This document shows, one piece after another, positions 1 through 8,593 of a DNA stretch of 64,000 bases. Within the stretch, counting starts at the first letter, position 1. Every line of letters begins with the position of its first letter. Made by a program: the position numbers and the translations under genes. The stretch covers positions 192,001-256,000 of the forward strand of contig CAWIIV010000024.1 of assembly GCA_963836205.1 (NCBI GenBank), written 5' to 3'. This stretch comes from an uncultured Acidimicrobiia bacterium. Its GTDB lineage: Bacteria; Actinomycetota; Acidimicrobiia; Acidimicrobiales; AC-14. The notes under the pieces are model-generated. The model saw nothing but the letters and a program-made list of their open reading frames with translations, was not told the DNA's origin and did not search any database.

Positions 1-1319
1 ATTGCGTCCTGGGCGCCCGGGGGCACACCCGCGGTGAGCGGGATCTCGACGTTGCCGGCGGGCCCGGTACGGACCGGGCTGGGGACAGTGAGCAGGGGCG
101 GCGTGCCGACGGGGGCGAGGTGGATCGTGACCTCGGGGGCGGGCACCCCTCGCCGCAGGGCGTAGACGGTGGCCTTCGCGTTCCCGCGGGCCTCGATCCG
201 GTGGACGAAGTCGTCGACCCGCACGTAGAGGCCGTCGGCGGTCTCCCGGCCGACCACCCGGCGGGTCCCGTCCTGGCGTCGCACGACCAGCCCGAGTGGA
301 CGCTGGGCGACCACCGCGGCCACGGCGGGTGCCAGCGCGAACGAATACACGCCGGACTGCGCGGGCGCGTCGGCCAAGTCGACGGTGCCGATGATCGCCG
401 TCGCCCCGTCGTCGGCCGCGATGATCGCCCCCGCCGTCACCGTCTCGGACGCGAGGATGGCCAGTTCCAAGGCCACCATGCGCTCCTGCGGGGTGGACAG
501 GGCCGCGAGCGTGGCCGGCGTCCCCACCGGGTCGACGATGGGGTAGGCGTTCCCCAGGTCGAGGACGATCCGCGACTCCGCCTCGTCCACCGAGGCGACC
601 GACCAGGCCAGGAGGATGGGGTCGGGGCCAGGACGGGCGAGCACGCCGGCATCGATCCGGCGGCCGGCGGCGAACCTGGCCGGCTCCCCGTCCCGCCACG
701 GCCCGATGCACCCGGTGAGCGACCCGGTCCCGAAGAGGGCATCGACGTGTGCGTAGTAGTAGCCGAAGGTGTTGAGGACGATCGAGAGCCGGTTGGCGTC
801 ACTCTCGGCCCGGATCGCGGACAGCGCGGCCGACGTCGCCGCTCGAGGGCCGTAGGTGACGTCGTCGAGCACCGAGACGAACGATGCGCCGGCCTGCTGG
901 CCGTTTCCGCCCTCCACCGTCTGCCGAGTCCAGACGTCGCGGAAGCCCGACACCCGGAACGAGCCGGAGACCAGCTCCTCGCCGGACCCGGGGTCGACGA
1001 GACGCACCTGGAGGGCCCAGATCTCCGACGACATCTGCCATCGCGGATCGAGGTCGACCAGCTTCGCACCCGGCCGGTCGGCGGCACCGACGACCGCCAG
1101 GCCGGTCGCCGGGTCCTGGTCGCCGATCGGGTTGCCGTCGGGATGCTCGCCGCCGTTCACGCGGCAGCCGAGGAAGTCGAAGGTCCCGCCTCCCCCCCGG
1201 TTCCACAACGGGTCCACGATGGGTCCGGGTTCGAATGCCCCGGGATCGTTGTTCACCGTCGGGACGTCGGCGAAGAACCGGCCGGAGAAGGTGATCCGGG
1301 TGCCGTTGAGGTAGCTCAT
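1..1319 (-). CDS. VioB/RebD/StaD-like protein, N-terminal part (runs off the window edge)
   Basis: Not in ORF track. Manual translation after GGAGG RBS: MSYLNGTRITFSGRFFADVPTVNND...AKLVDLDPRWQMSSEIW...GCIGPWRDGEPARFAAGR, resembling the VioB-family N-terminus. Confidence 0.6.
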   Translation of the reverse strand, partial: MSYLNGTRITFSGRFFADVPTVNNDPGAFEPGPIVDPLWNRGGGGTFDFLGCRVNGGEHPDGNPIGDQDPATGLAVVGAADRPGAKLVDLDPRWQMSSEIWALQVRLVDPGSGEELVSGSFRVSGFRDVWTRQTVEGGNGQQAGASFVSVLDDVTYGPRAATSAALSAIRAESDANRLSIVLNTFGYYYAHVDALFGTGSLTGCIGPWRDGEPARFAAGRRIDAGVLARPGPDPILLAWSVASVDEAESRIVLDLGNAYPIVDPVGTPATLAALSTPQERMVALELAILASETVTAGAIIAADDGATAIIGTVDLADAPAQSGVYSFALAPAVAAVVAQRPLGLVVRRQDGTRRVVGRETADGLYVRVDDFVHRIEARGNAKATVYALRRGVPAPEVTIHLAPVGTPPLLTVPSPVRTGPAGNVEIPLTAGVPPGAQDA

Positions 1320-1410
1320 GCGGTCCTCCGGGAGAAGGCGCCCTGGCTCTATCGACGCTAGCTCGATGGCCTGCGGCCTGACCCGCGGGTGGAGGGTGGC
1401 TGGCGATCGG

Positions 1411-2433
1411 TTAGGCGGCGGCGACCTCGTCGGCGGTGGCGATGGCGATGGTGACGGCCAGCACCGACAGGAGCGCCCCCGGCACGCCCGCCAGCTCCAG
1501 CCCGACCAGGCCGGCGGCGAGGGTGAGGAACGGTCCCACATGGACCGTTTGCCGCTCCACCCGGTTCTCCACCAGCAGGTTCTCGGCCAACTGGTAGGCG
1601 ATGAACACCACCGCCAGCCAGGTGGCGTCGGCGGCCGAGCTCACCGCGGCCAGGGCCACGATCGGCATGGCGCCGACGAGGGCGCCCCCGAGCGGCACCA
1701 GGTCCCACAGGCCGACCCAGATGCCGAGCGCGGCCGGTCCCGGGACGTCGGCCGCCCGGGCCATGGCGAAGGCGAACAGCCCCGCGGCCACGGCCATGGT
1801 GAGGGAGGCGGCGGCGTAACCGAAGGCCCGGCCGTAGACCACCGGACCCAGTTCCCGCAGCCGCTCCCGGCGCCGGGGATCGGAGAACTGGCGGACGGCG
1901 GCCGCCGCGATCCGGGGTCCGTGCTGCAGGAAGAAGATGGTGAGCACGCCCGTGGCCAGGAAGGCCACCCCCCGGGTGGCGGCGGCCCGGATGGCGTCGG
2001 CCGTCGATCCCCCTCGGAGGCGCTCGGGGAGTTGGTCGAGGAAGCTGCGGGTGCGCTCGGCCAGGTGGAGGTCGCGCGCCATCTCCCCGAAGCGGGGTGA
2101 GCGCTCCAGCTCCTCGGCTCGCTCGGGCGCCACTGCTTGGAGGCGAGTGGTCTCGGCGCGGACGTCGTCGATCAGGCCGTAGATCACCACCCCCGCCGTC
2201 CCCACCAGGACCACCATGACCAGCAGCACGGCCAGCCCCCGGCGCATGCGCCGTTGCAGCCACGACACGATCGGGTGCAGGAGGCCGGCGAAGGTGGCCG
2301 CCACCAGGATCCAGCCGATCACCCGGCGGGAGGCGGCGAGCATGGCCAGCCCCCCGAGGGTGGCGCCCAGCATGGCGACGGCCAGCACCGCCGACCGGGG
2401 ACTGATCGACAGCCGCTCCCTGGGCACCGCCAC
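1411..2433 (-). CDS. AI-2E family transporter (PerM-like)
   Basis: Multi-TM protein with family-typical C-terminus (DLVPLGGALVG...QLAENLL...G..GALL); GTG start inferred. Confidence 0.8.
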   Translation of the reverse strand: MAVPRERLSISPRSAVLAVAMLGATLGGLAMLAASRRVIGWILVAATFAGLLHPIVSWLQRRMRRGLAVLLVMVVLVGTAGVVIYGLIDDVRAETTRLQAVAPERAEELERSPRFGEMARDLHLAERTRSFLDQLPERLRGGSTADAIRAAATRGVAFLATGVLTIFFLQHGPRIAAAAVRQFSDPRRRERLRELGPVVYGRAFGYAAASLTMAVAAGLFAFAMARAADVPGPAALGIWVGLWDLVPLGGALVGAMPIVALAAVSSAADATWLAVVFIAYQLAENLLVENRVERQTVHVGPFLTLAAGLVGLELAGVPGALLSVLAVTIAIATADEVAAA

Positions 2434-2451
2434 GTCGGTACAGTACCGACG
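2434..2451. promoter_or_regulatory. Symmetric bidirectional leaderless promoter
   Basis: GTCGGTAC-A-GTACCGAC palindrome; TACAGT (+) and TACTGT (-) lie 7 and 6 nt from divergent GTG starts. Confidence 0.6.
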
Positions 2452-3804
2452 GTGGCGGACTCCGGCCTCCCCCCGGTGGTACAGCCCGCGGTCACCGCGG
2501 GGCCCATCGGCGGCGAGCGCAGGCGACGGTGGTGGCGGGGCGTCGATCCGCCCACCCGGGAGGTCGACCTCGACTGGCGTTCGGTGGCCTGGGTGCTGGG
2601 CGCCTTCGTCGCCCTGCTCGCCCTCACCAATCTCATCCGGGTCGCGCCCCGGGCCCTCACCGTCCTGGCCGTGGGGACGCTCCTGGCCCTGGCCCTGACC
2701 CCGGTGGTCACCGCCGCCCAGCGCCGATTGCATCTGGGCCGTCCGGGCGCGGTGGCCGCGGTCGTCGCGGGACTGGTGCTGCTGGCGGTGGCCGCGGTGG
2801 CGCTCCTCGTCCCCCCCGCCATCCGTCAGGGGCGCCAGCTCGGTGGCGACCTCGACGAGGTCGTGGGCCAGATCGAGACCCTTCCCGTGATCGGCGACGA
2901 TCTGGCCGAGGCGGGCACCGCCGACAAGGTCCGGACGTGGATCGAGGACCTGCCCAACCGCCTCGAAGGCGACGACACGCCCATCGGCGACGCCGCCGTC
3001 CGGGTGGCCGACGGGTTCATCGCCTTCTTCTTCACGCTCCTCGTCACCATCAGCCTCCTGCTCGACGGTGAACGCCTGGTCCGGGGGCTACGGCGGCTGG
3101 TGCCACCGCCGCGGCGCAAGCAGGCAGACCGCATCGGCCGGCTGGCCTACGAGACGGTCGGTCGTTATGTGGCCGGATCGGTGCTGGTGGCGGGCATCGC
3201 CGGGCTCAGCATCCTGGTGATGGGCCTGATCCTGGGCGTGCCCCTCACCCCGCTGCTGGCCCTGTGGGTCGCCATCTTCGACCTCGTGCCCCAGATCGGG
3301 GGGGCGATGGGCGGCATCCCATTCGTTCTGCTCGGGCTGACCCAGGGGGTCACCACCGGGCTGATCTGCGCCGGCTTCTTCATCCTGTACCTGCAGTTCG
3401 AGAACCACATCCTCGGCCCGCTGATCGTGGGCAAGTCGGTGCACCTGTCGCCCCCCGCCACCATGACCGCGGCCCTCATCGGTGTCTCCGCCGGCGGCGT
3501 GGTCGGCGCCCTGCTCGCGGTGCCGGTGGTGGCCTCGGTGAAGGTGGTGTACCTCGAGCTGCGCCAGCCGCCGCCCGAACCCGACCTGGAGCGTTTCACC
3601 GGGGCCGGGGCGGGGGACGGGTCGGAGGTGAGCGAAACCACTGCCCCCACGGACGAGGCGGTCACCAGCGTCCCCCTCGAGGACGAGGACGGCAACGAGT
3701 ACGTCATCGCCCAGCAAAACAGCGGGGCGGCGGAGACCACCGAGGGCGGCGGCGAGTACCCCGAGCCCGGCACACCGCCCCAACCCCCCGCCCCCGGCGC
3801 CTGA
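2452..3804 (+). CDS. AI-2E family transporter with acidic C-terminal tail
   Basis: DLVPQIGG...YLQFENHILGPLI...GGVVGALLAVP motifs. Confidence 0.8.
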   Translation: MADSGLPPVVQPAVTAGPIGGERRRRWWRGVDPPTREVDLDWRSVAWVLGAFVALLALTNLIRVAPRALTVLAVGTLLALALTPVVTAAQRRLHLGRPGAVAAVVAGLVLLAVAAVALLVPPAIRQGRQLGGDLDEVVGQIETLPVIGDDLAEAGTADKVRTWIEDLPNRLEGDDTPIGDAAVRVADGFIAFFFTLLVTISLLLDGERLVRGLRRLVPPPRRKQADRIGRLAYETVGRYVAGSVLVAGIAGLSILVMGLILGVPLTPLLALWVAIFDLVPQIGGAMGGIPFVLLGLTQGVTTGLICAGFFILYLQFENHILGPLIVGKSVHLSPPATMTAALIGVSAGGVVGALLAVPVVASVKVVYLELRQPPPEPDLERFTGAGAGDGSEVSETTAPTDEAVTSVPLEDEDGNEYVIAQQNSGAAETTEGGGEYPEPGTPPQPPAPGA

Positions 3805-4091
3805 CCTGCCGCGGTTCCCGCGTCGGTGGGGATCGGTGCGCGGGCCTATTCGGCCCGGACGCCGACGATCCCTGCGATCAGGCGAGGTCGGCACGTCGGG
3901 CCGTCGTTCGGCGCCGAGGGAGACGAGCCACCCTGTTGCCACTCAACTACCTGGGTGGCCAGCCCCCTCGCAACGGACCTGGGGGCGGACTCCTCGGCGT
4001 TGAATTGTCACGACTATTCCATTCAGTCCGCCTGACGAACTGATTTGTGTGTCCCACAATGGAGTAGGCACGTCGGCAATACTGAGGGTCC

Positions 4092-4859
4092 CTATCCCGT
4101 TTGCACACTGTTGAGGCGCTCCGCGCACAACATGGCAAGTTCCTCGACCTTCACCGAATGGCTCCCGCTGTAGTTATAGGTGCCGACGAGTACGACTACA
4201 TTGCCTTTGCGGATGAAGACTCCGTCAACGTGAGGAGTACCCCACGAGTCCGAAGGTCTGTCAGCTGTGATTCTCAGAGTCTCGTCACCAAGGGTGGGTC
4301 CAGGCAATATTCGATAGCCGCATCTTTCGGCAGCTTCCTTTACCACCGAGAACAGTACCGTCGCCCCGTCCTCGGCGAATGCCCCTGCGCTACTGCCAAA
4401 GCCGACCCAACCGGCGCCGAATGATGCGCTCTTGAAGTAGGCACCGCTAACGTCGGATGTGAGGCCAGTAGCCGGAACGCGCTGTCCGCATAAGTCCATT
4501 CTCGCGAGACCACCAAAGAGGCTGTCTTTGATCCCGCCCTCGCCTTCGATCGCCGGACCAGATCCGACTGAACTCATGCGTGTATTGAGATCCTCTCGGG
4601 TAAGAAGGACCTTAACCAAATCGGCGGCCGGCGCAAGATAACGCGTCGTGGCTCGGGGGACACTCTGCTGCGTAGAAGTGGTTTGGTCGATGAGTGATGG
4701 GGTGGTCGAAGGCTCAGTTCGCGAATTTGGTGGAGAAGGGTCACCGCGTTCAGTGCCATTGGTATTGACAATAATGGCGACAACAACGCTCACGACGCCC
4801 GTAATCAGTGCTGCAATGATCGCAGACGCTTTCCACCAAGGAGATTCGTTCTCGGCCAC
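4092..4859 (-). CDS. Hypothetical membrane-anchored protein in a lower-GC islet
   Basis: 255-aa ORF with N-terminal TM helix, Ser/Thr/Pro linker and Cys-containing extracellular domain; atypical composition. Confidence 0.6.
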   Translation of the reverse strand: MAENESPWWKASAIIAALITGVVSVVVAIIVNTNGTERGDPSPPNSRTEPSTTPSLIDQTTSTQQSVPRATTRYLAPAADLVKVLLTREDLNTRMSSVGSGPAIEGEGGIKDSLFGGLARMDLCGQRVPATGLTSDVSGAYFKSASFGAGWVGFGSSAGAFAEDGATVLFSVVKEAAERCGYRILPGPTLGDETLRITADRPSDSWGTPHVDGVFIRKGNVVVLVGTYNYSGSHSVKVEELAMLCAERLNSVQTG

Positions 4860-5753
4860 TCTGCGCAGACCTTTCGCGTCTCGTCGCTGAACCCTTTGTG
4901 ACTAACCTTATAGCGTGAGAGCGACTTGCGCCCATCTCCCTGCGACCCCTGCCTCGGCGAAAGAGTGTTGGTACCGGCCCCGCGAGACTGATCGTCTCCA
5001 AACCGCATGCGGCGGCCGATGCCACGCTTCTGTCTTGTGGCTCGTGTGGGACGACGAGAGCGGAATACCAGCTCCGTCGGCTGAGATGCGATGCCTGAGC
5101 TGACTCTCGGTTTTCACTACGACCCCCCTCGATTTGTGTCCTGCGATCAGTAGTTTAGGTGTTACGGCCGAAGCACATCGACCTCAAGGAAAGGGCGATC
5201 AGCCGATCGCCATTCGTTATTAGAGACGCACCTCTTGCGGAAGTTGCCGGACATCCTTGCCCGGAGTAATGGTCAATAGATGTTGGCTAGCGGCGATGCC
5301 ATCTGCCGGCCGCGTGAGCGACCCCCTGGTGTGCGTCATTCTTGTATCGGTCGCTAAATGTAGACCCGCACGACGAAAACACAGTTTGCCGGATGGATCA
5401 TGTCCGAATCCTTAGCGCCCGCAACTGAACCTACGGGTGGTGATTAGCCAGTTCGGCAAGAGTCGGACATGCCGAATACTCGGGCTGCCGAGATGAGGTC
5501 CTCTTCGGAGCCACAGTCGTCGATGTCGCGCCGCTCCTGTCGAACTTGACGCCCGCCCATGGCAACTGCCCCCTCCTAGAGTTGAGGATGGCGGCGGTCT
5601 CCTTTCGCTCGATCGCCGGTAAATCAGACGCGTGGGGTCCGGGGGCCCCCTTTCCTGGCGAAGGCCAATGCCGACGCCTGAGGCCACCGGCGGATCGGAT
5701 AGGCGGAGGGTGGTGACCACGTTCGTGACTCTGTCGGGCCGTAGCATCCGGGC

Positions 5754-6539
5754 ATGCGTCGGGGGGCCTTGACTCTGGGCCTGTTGTCGGCGGCTCTGCT
5801 TCTGGCTTTGGCAGGGTCGGGTCCGGGTCGGGATGGGGCGGTCGAGGTGGCGATGCCGACCCTCCCGCCCACCTCGGGGCCGCCGACGACCCTGCCCCTG
5901 CCCCCGGCCTTCCCGACCACCTCCACGACCCCGGCCCATCGGAACCTGGTGGCGACGGTGAAGGGTGCGTCGATCGACGTGTTCGAATCGCCCGACGCTG
6001 GCCCGGCAGCGCCGCCGGCCTGGACGCTGCCCAACCCCCGGGCGTCCGGCTCGGAGCAGGTCTTCCTCGTCATCGGCCGACAAGCGGGGTGGCTCAACGT
6101 CATGGTGCCGGTGCGGCCCAACGGGTCGACGGGGTGGATCCGAGCGGCCGACGTCTCCCTCGCCGGCCACGACTTCTCCATCGTGGTCGAGCTCGGCGCC
6201 CACAAGCTCACCGTGTACGAGGGCGACGCGGTGTGGGCCGAGGAGCCGGTGGGGGTGGGGGTGTCCAACACGCCCACGCCCGGCGGGCGGTTCTTCACGG
6301 TGGAGCTCTTCGCGTCGCAGAAGGCGGCCTACGGGCCCTACGCCTACGGGCTGTCGGGGTACTCGGAGGTGTTCTACGACTTCGGCGGCGGCGACGGCCA
6401 GTTCGGCATCCACGGGACCAGCGACCCGTCGGGAATCGGGTCGGACGTGAGCAACGGGTGCATCCGCATGAACAACGACGCCATCACCAGGTTGGCCGAG
6501 ACCCTGCCCATCGGAGTCCCGGTCGAGATCCGGGCTTGA
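5754..6539 (+). CDS. L,D-transpeptidase (YkuD family)
   Basis: GIHGT...VSNGCIRM catalytic motif, signal peptide, TAGCAT-N6-ATG leaderless start. Confidence 0.9.
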   Translation: MRRGALTLGLLSAALLLALAGSGPGRDGAVEVAMPTLPPTSGPPTTLPLPPAFPTTSTTPAHRNLVATVKGASIDVFESPDAGPAAPPAWTLPNPRASGSEQVFLVIGRQAGWLNVMVPVRPNGSTGWIRAADVSLAGHDFSIVVELGAHKLTVYEGDAVWAEEPVGVGVSNTPTPGGRFFTVELFASQKAAYGPYAYGLSGYSEVFYDFGGGDGQFGIHGTSDPSGIGSDVSNGCIRMNNDAITRLAETLPIGVPVEIRA

Positions 6540-6590
6540 CACCGGTCGTACCCTGGTAGGTGCTACCGCAGTACGTCGGGGGGAGGCGCC

Positions 6591-6842
6591 ATGGGTGTCG
6601 AAAAGCTGAGCGTGTCGTTCGAACACGACCTGGGAGCGGCCATCCGGACGTCCGCGACCGGCGCCGGTCAGAGCGTCTCGGCGTGGTTGGCGGAAGCGGC
6701 CCGCAACCGACTCCGCCTGGAGGCATTGGGTGAGGCGGTGAAGGCGTGGGAGCACGTGTACGGCCCTCTCACCGATGCGGAGGTGGCCACCGCCGATCAG
6801 GTCCTGGAGGACGCCGCCGGCGAGCGTCCGGGCGAGCCGTAG
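6591..6842 (+). CDS. Antitoxin (VapB/RHH-like)
   Basis: 83 aa (EKLSVSF...SVSAWLAEAA), abuts the PIN toxin gene. Confidence 0.75.
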   Translation: MGVEKLSVSFEHDLGAAIRTSATGAGQSVSAWLAEAARNRLRLEALGEAVKAWEHVYGPLTDAEVATADQVLEDAAGERPGEP

Positions 6843-7205
6843 ATGAGCCTCGTCCTTGATTCCGGCGGCTTGCTCGCCTTCGAGCGGGGTGATCGGGAGA
6901 TCGCGGCCCTGGTGGAGGCCTCTCGTCGGCGGCGGGACCAGGTCGTCACCTCGTCGGGCTGCGTCGCTCAGGTCTGGCGGGGGGGATCGCAGGAGGCGCT
7001 GCTGGCACGACTGCTCCGCGGCGTCGACGAACGCACCCTCGATCCCGCCGCGTCCCGGGCGGCCGGCGAGCTGTGTGCCGCGGCGGCCTCGAGCGACGTG
7101 GTCGACGCCCATGTCGCCCTCCTGGCCCGGGACTGGGACGTCGTGATCACGACCGACGCCGAGAAGCTTCAGCCCCTCCTGCGGGCGAACGGCTGGCGCT
7201 GCTGA
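6843..7205 (+). CDS. PIN-domain toxin (VapC-like)
   Basis: LVLDSGGL...DVVDAHVAL...VITTD PIN acidic motifs. Confidence 0.8.
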   Translation: MSLVLDSGGLLAFERGDREIAALVEASRRRRDQVVTSSGCVAQVWRGGSQEALLARLLRGVDERTLDPAASRAAGELCAAAASSDVVDAHVALLARDWDVVITTDAEKLQPLLRANGWRC

Positions 7206-7240
7206 GCCGACCGCGCGGCGAGCCCAGGCCCGGATGACAC

Positions 7241-8593
7241 TCAGGTCGGGGTGATGCGCAGGCCCAGCTCGGAGAACTTGGCCAGGGCCTGGTCGTAGCC
7301 CCGCTCGAGGTGGTGGACGCCGTGGAGGATCGACGGCCCTTCGGCGGCGGCGGCGGCGATGACGTAGGCGAAGGCGCCCCGGATGTCGGGCATCTCCACC
7401 TCGGCGCCCCGTAGCCGCCGGACGCCCCGGACCAGTGCGGAGTGGGACGACCCGCTCTCCTGGAACCGGCACGCCTCGCCCACCAGGCACTGCTCGAACA
7501 GCTCCACCTCCGCCTCCATCGAGCGGAGGGCGTCGACGTAGCCCAGGCGGTCCTCGAACACCGTCTCGTGAATCACCGACATCCCCGCGGCGCGGGTGCA
7601 GAGGACGACGAGGGGCGGCTGCCAGTCGGTCATGAACCCCGGATGGGGACTGGTCTGCACCGCCGCCGGGCGCAGGACGTCGGCCTCGCACGTGATGGTG
7701 TCGTCGTCGATCTCGAAGCGGGCACCCATGCGCTGGAGGGTGGAGATGGCGGTCACCAGCCGGTCCTGGCCGCAGCCGGAGATGCGCACCCGGCCGCCGG
7801 TGGCCAGCCCCGCCACCAGGTAGGAGAAGGCCTCGATGCGGTCGCCGCCCAGCCGTTGGGTGGCGCCGGTGAGGTGGGAGACGCCCTCGATCACGAACCG
7901 GCGGTCGGGTTGGAGCTCGATGCGGGCGCCCATGCGCTGCAACAACAGCGCCAGCTCGACCACCTCGGGTTCGACCGCGGCGTTGTCGAGAATGGTGCGG
8001 CCCTCGGCGACGGCCGCCGTCATCAGCACCGTCTCGGTGGCGCCCACGCTGGGGAAGGGGAGTGCGAAGTGGGCCCCGTGGAGGCGGAGGGCCTTGGCCT
8101 CCAGCCCCTCGTCGGTGAGCTCGACCTCGGCCCCGAACTGGCGCAGGGCCTGGACGTGGAAGTCGACCGGTCGGGCCCCGATGCGGTCGCCGCCCACCAG
8201 GGGGACGAACGCCTCGCCGATGCGGTGCAGCAAGGGACCGACCATGAGGATGGGAACCCGGTTGAGGCCGGTGTACGACACCGGGATGCGGCTGCCGGTG
8301 GTGGACTCCGGGTCGACCGTCACCGAGTCGCCGTCGATCTCCACGCCTGCACCCAGGGAACGCAGCATGCCGGCGGTGATGTCGACGTCGCCCAGCCGGG
8401 GGGCGTTGCGCACGACGCTCGGCGTATCCGCCAGCAGGGCCGCCACCATGAGCTTGGTGACCGCGTTCTTCGACCCCGAGATGCGGACGTCGCCCCGGAG
8501 CGGCCCCACCGGGTCGATCCCCCACGTGACGTGGCCGGGGGAGCTGGGCGGGGGCTGGTGGGGGTTCACCGGCTCGGGCACGGCGGCCATCAT
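7241..8593 (-). CDS. murA: UDP-N-acetylglucosamine 1-carboxyvinyltransferase
   Basis: ISGSKNA, GGDRIGARPVDFH, PSVGATE, PGFMTD and LERGY motifs. Confidence 0.92.
   Translation of the reverse strand: MMAAVPEPVNPHQPPPSSPGHVTWGIDPVGPLRGDVRISGSKNAVTKLMVAALLADTPSVVRNAPRLGDVDITAGMLRSLGAGVEIDGDSVTVDPESTTGSRIPVSYTGLNRVPILMVGPLLHRIGEAFVPLVGGDRIGARPVDFHVQALRQFGAEVELTDEGLEAKALRLHGAHFALPFPSVGATETVLMTAAVAEGRTILDNAAVEPEVVELALLLQRMGARIELQPDRRFVIEGVSHLTGATQRLGGDRIEAFSYLVAGLATGGRVRISGCGQDRLVTAISTLQRMGARFEIDDDTITCEADVLRPAAVQTSPHPGFMTDWQPPLVVLCTRAAGMSVIHETVFEDRLGYVDALRSMEAEVELFEQCLVGEACRFQESGSSHSALVRGVRRLRGAEVEMPDIRGAFAYVIAAAAAEGPSILHGVHHLERGYDQALAKFSELGLRITPT

Noticed and set aside
1225-1245. GGTTCGAAT T-loop-like motif suggesting a tRNA
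   Set aside because: It lies inside the coding region of the minus-strand ORF and forms no cloverleaf; no tRNA or rRNA was recognised in the window.
3628-3804. Novel domain fusion on the AI-2E transporter
   Set aside because: The acidic tail may be a separate small GTG-initiated gene joined by a lost stop or sequencing error; this cannot be resolved from the sequence alone.
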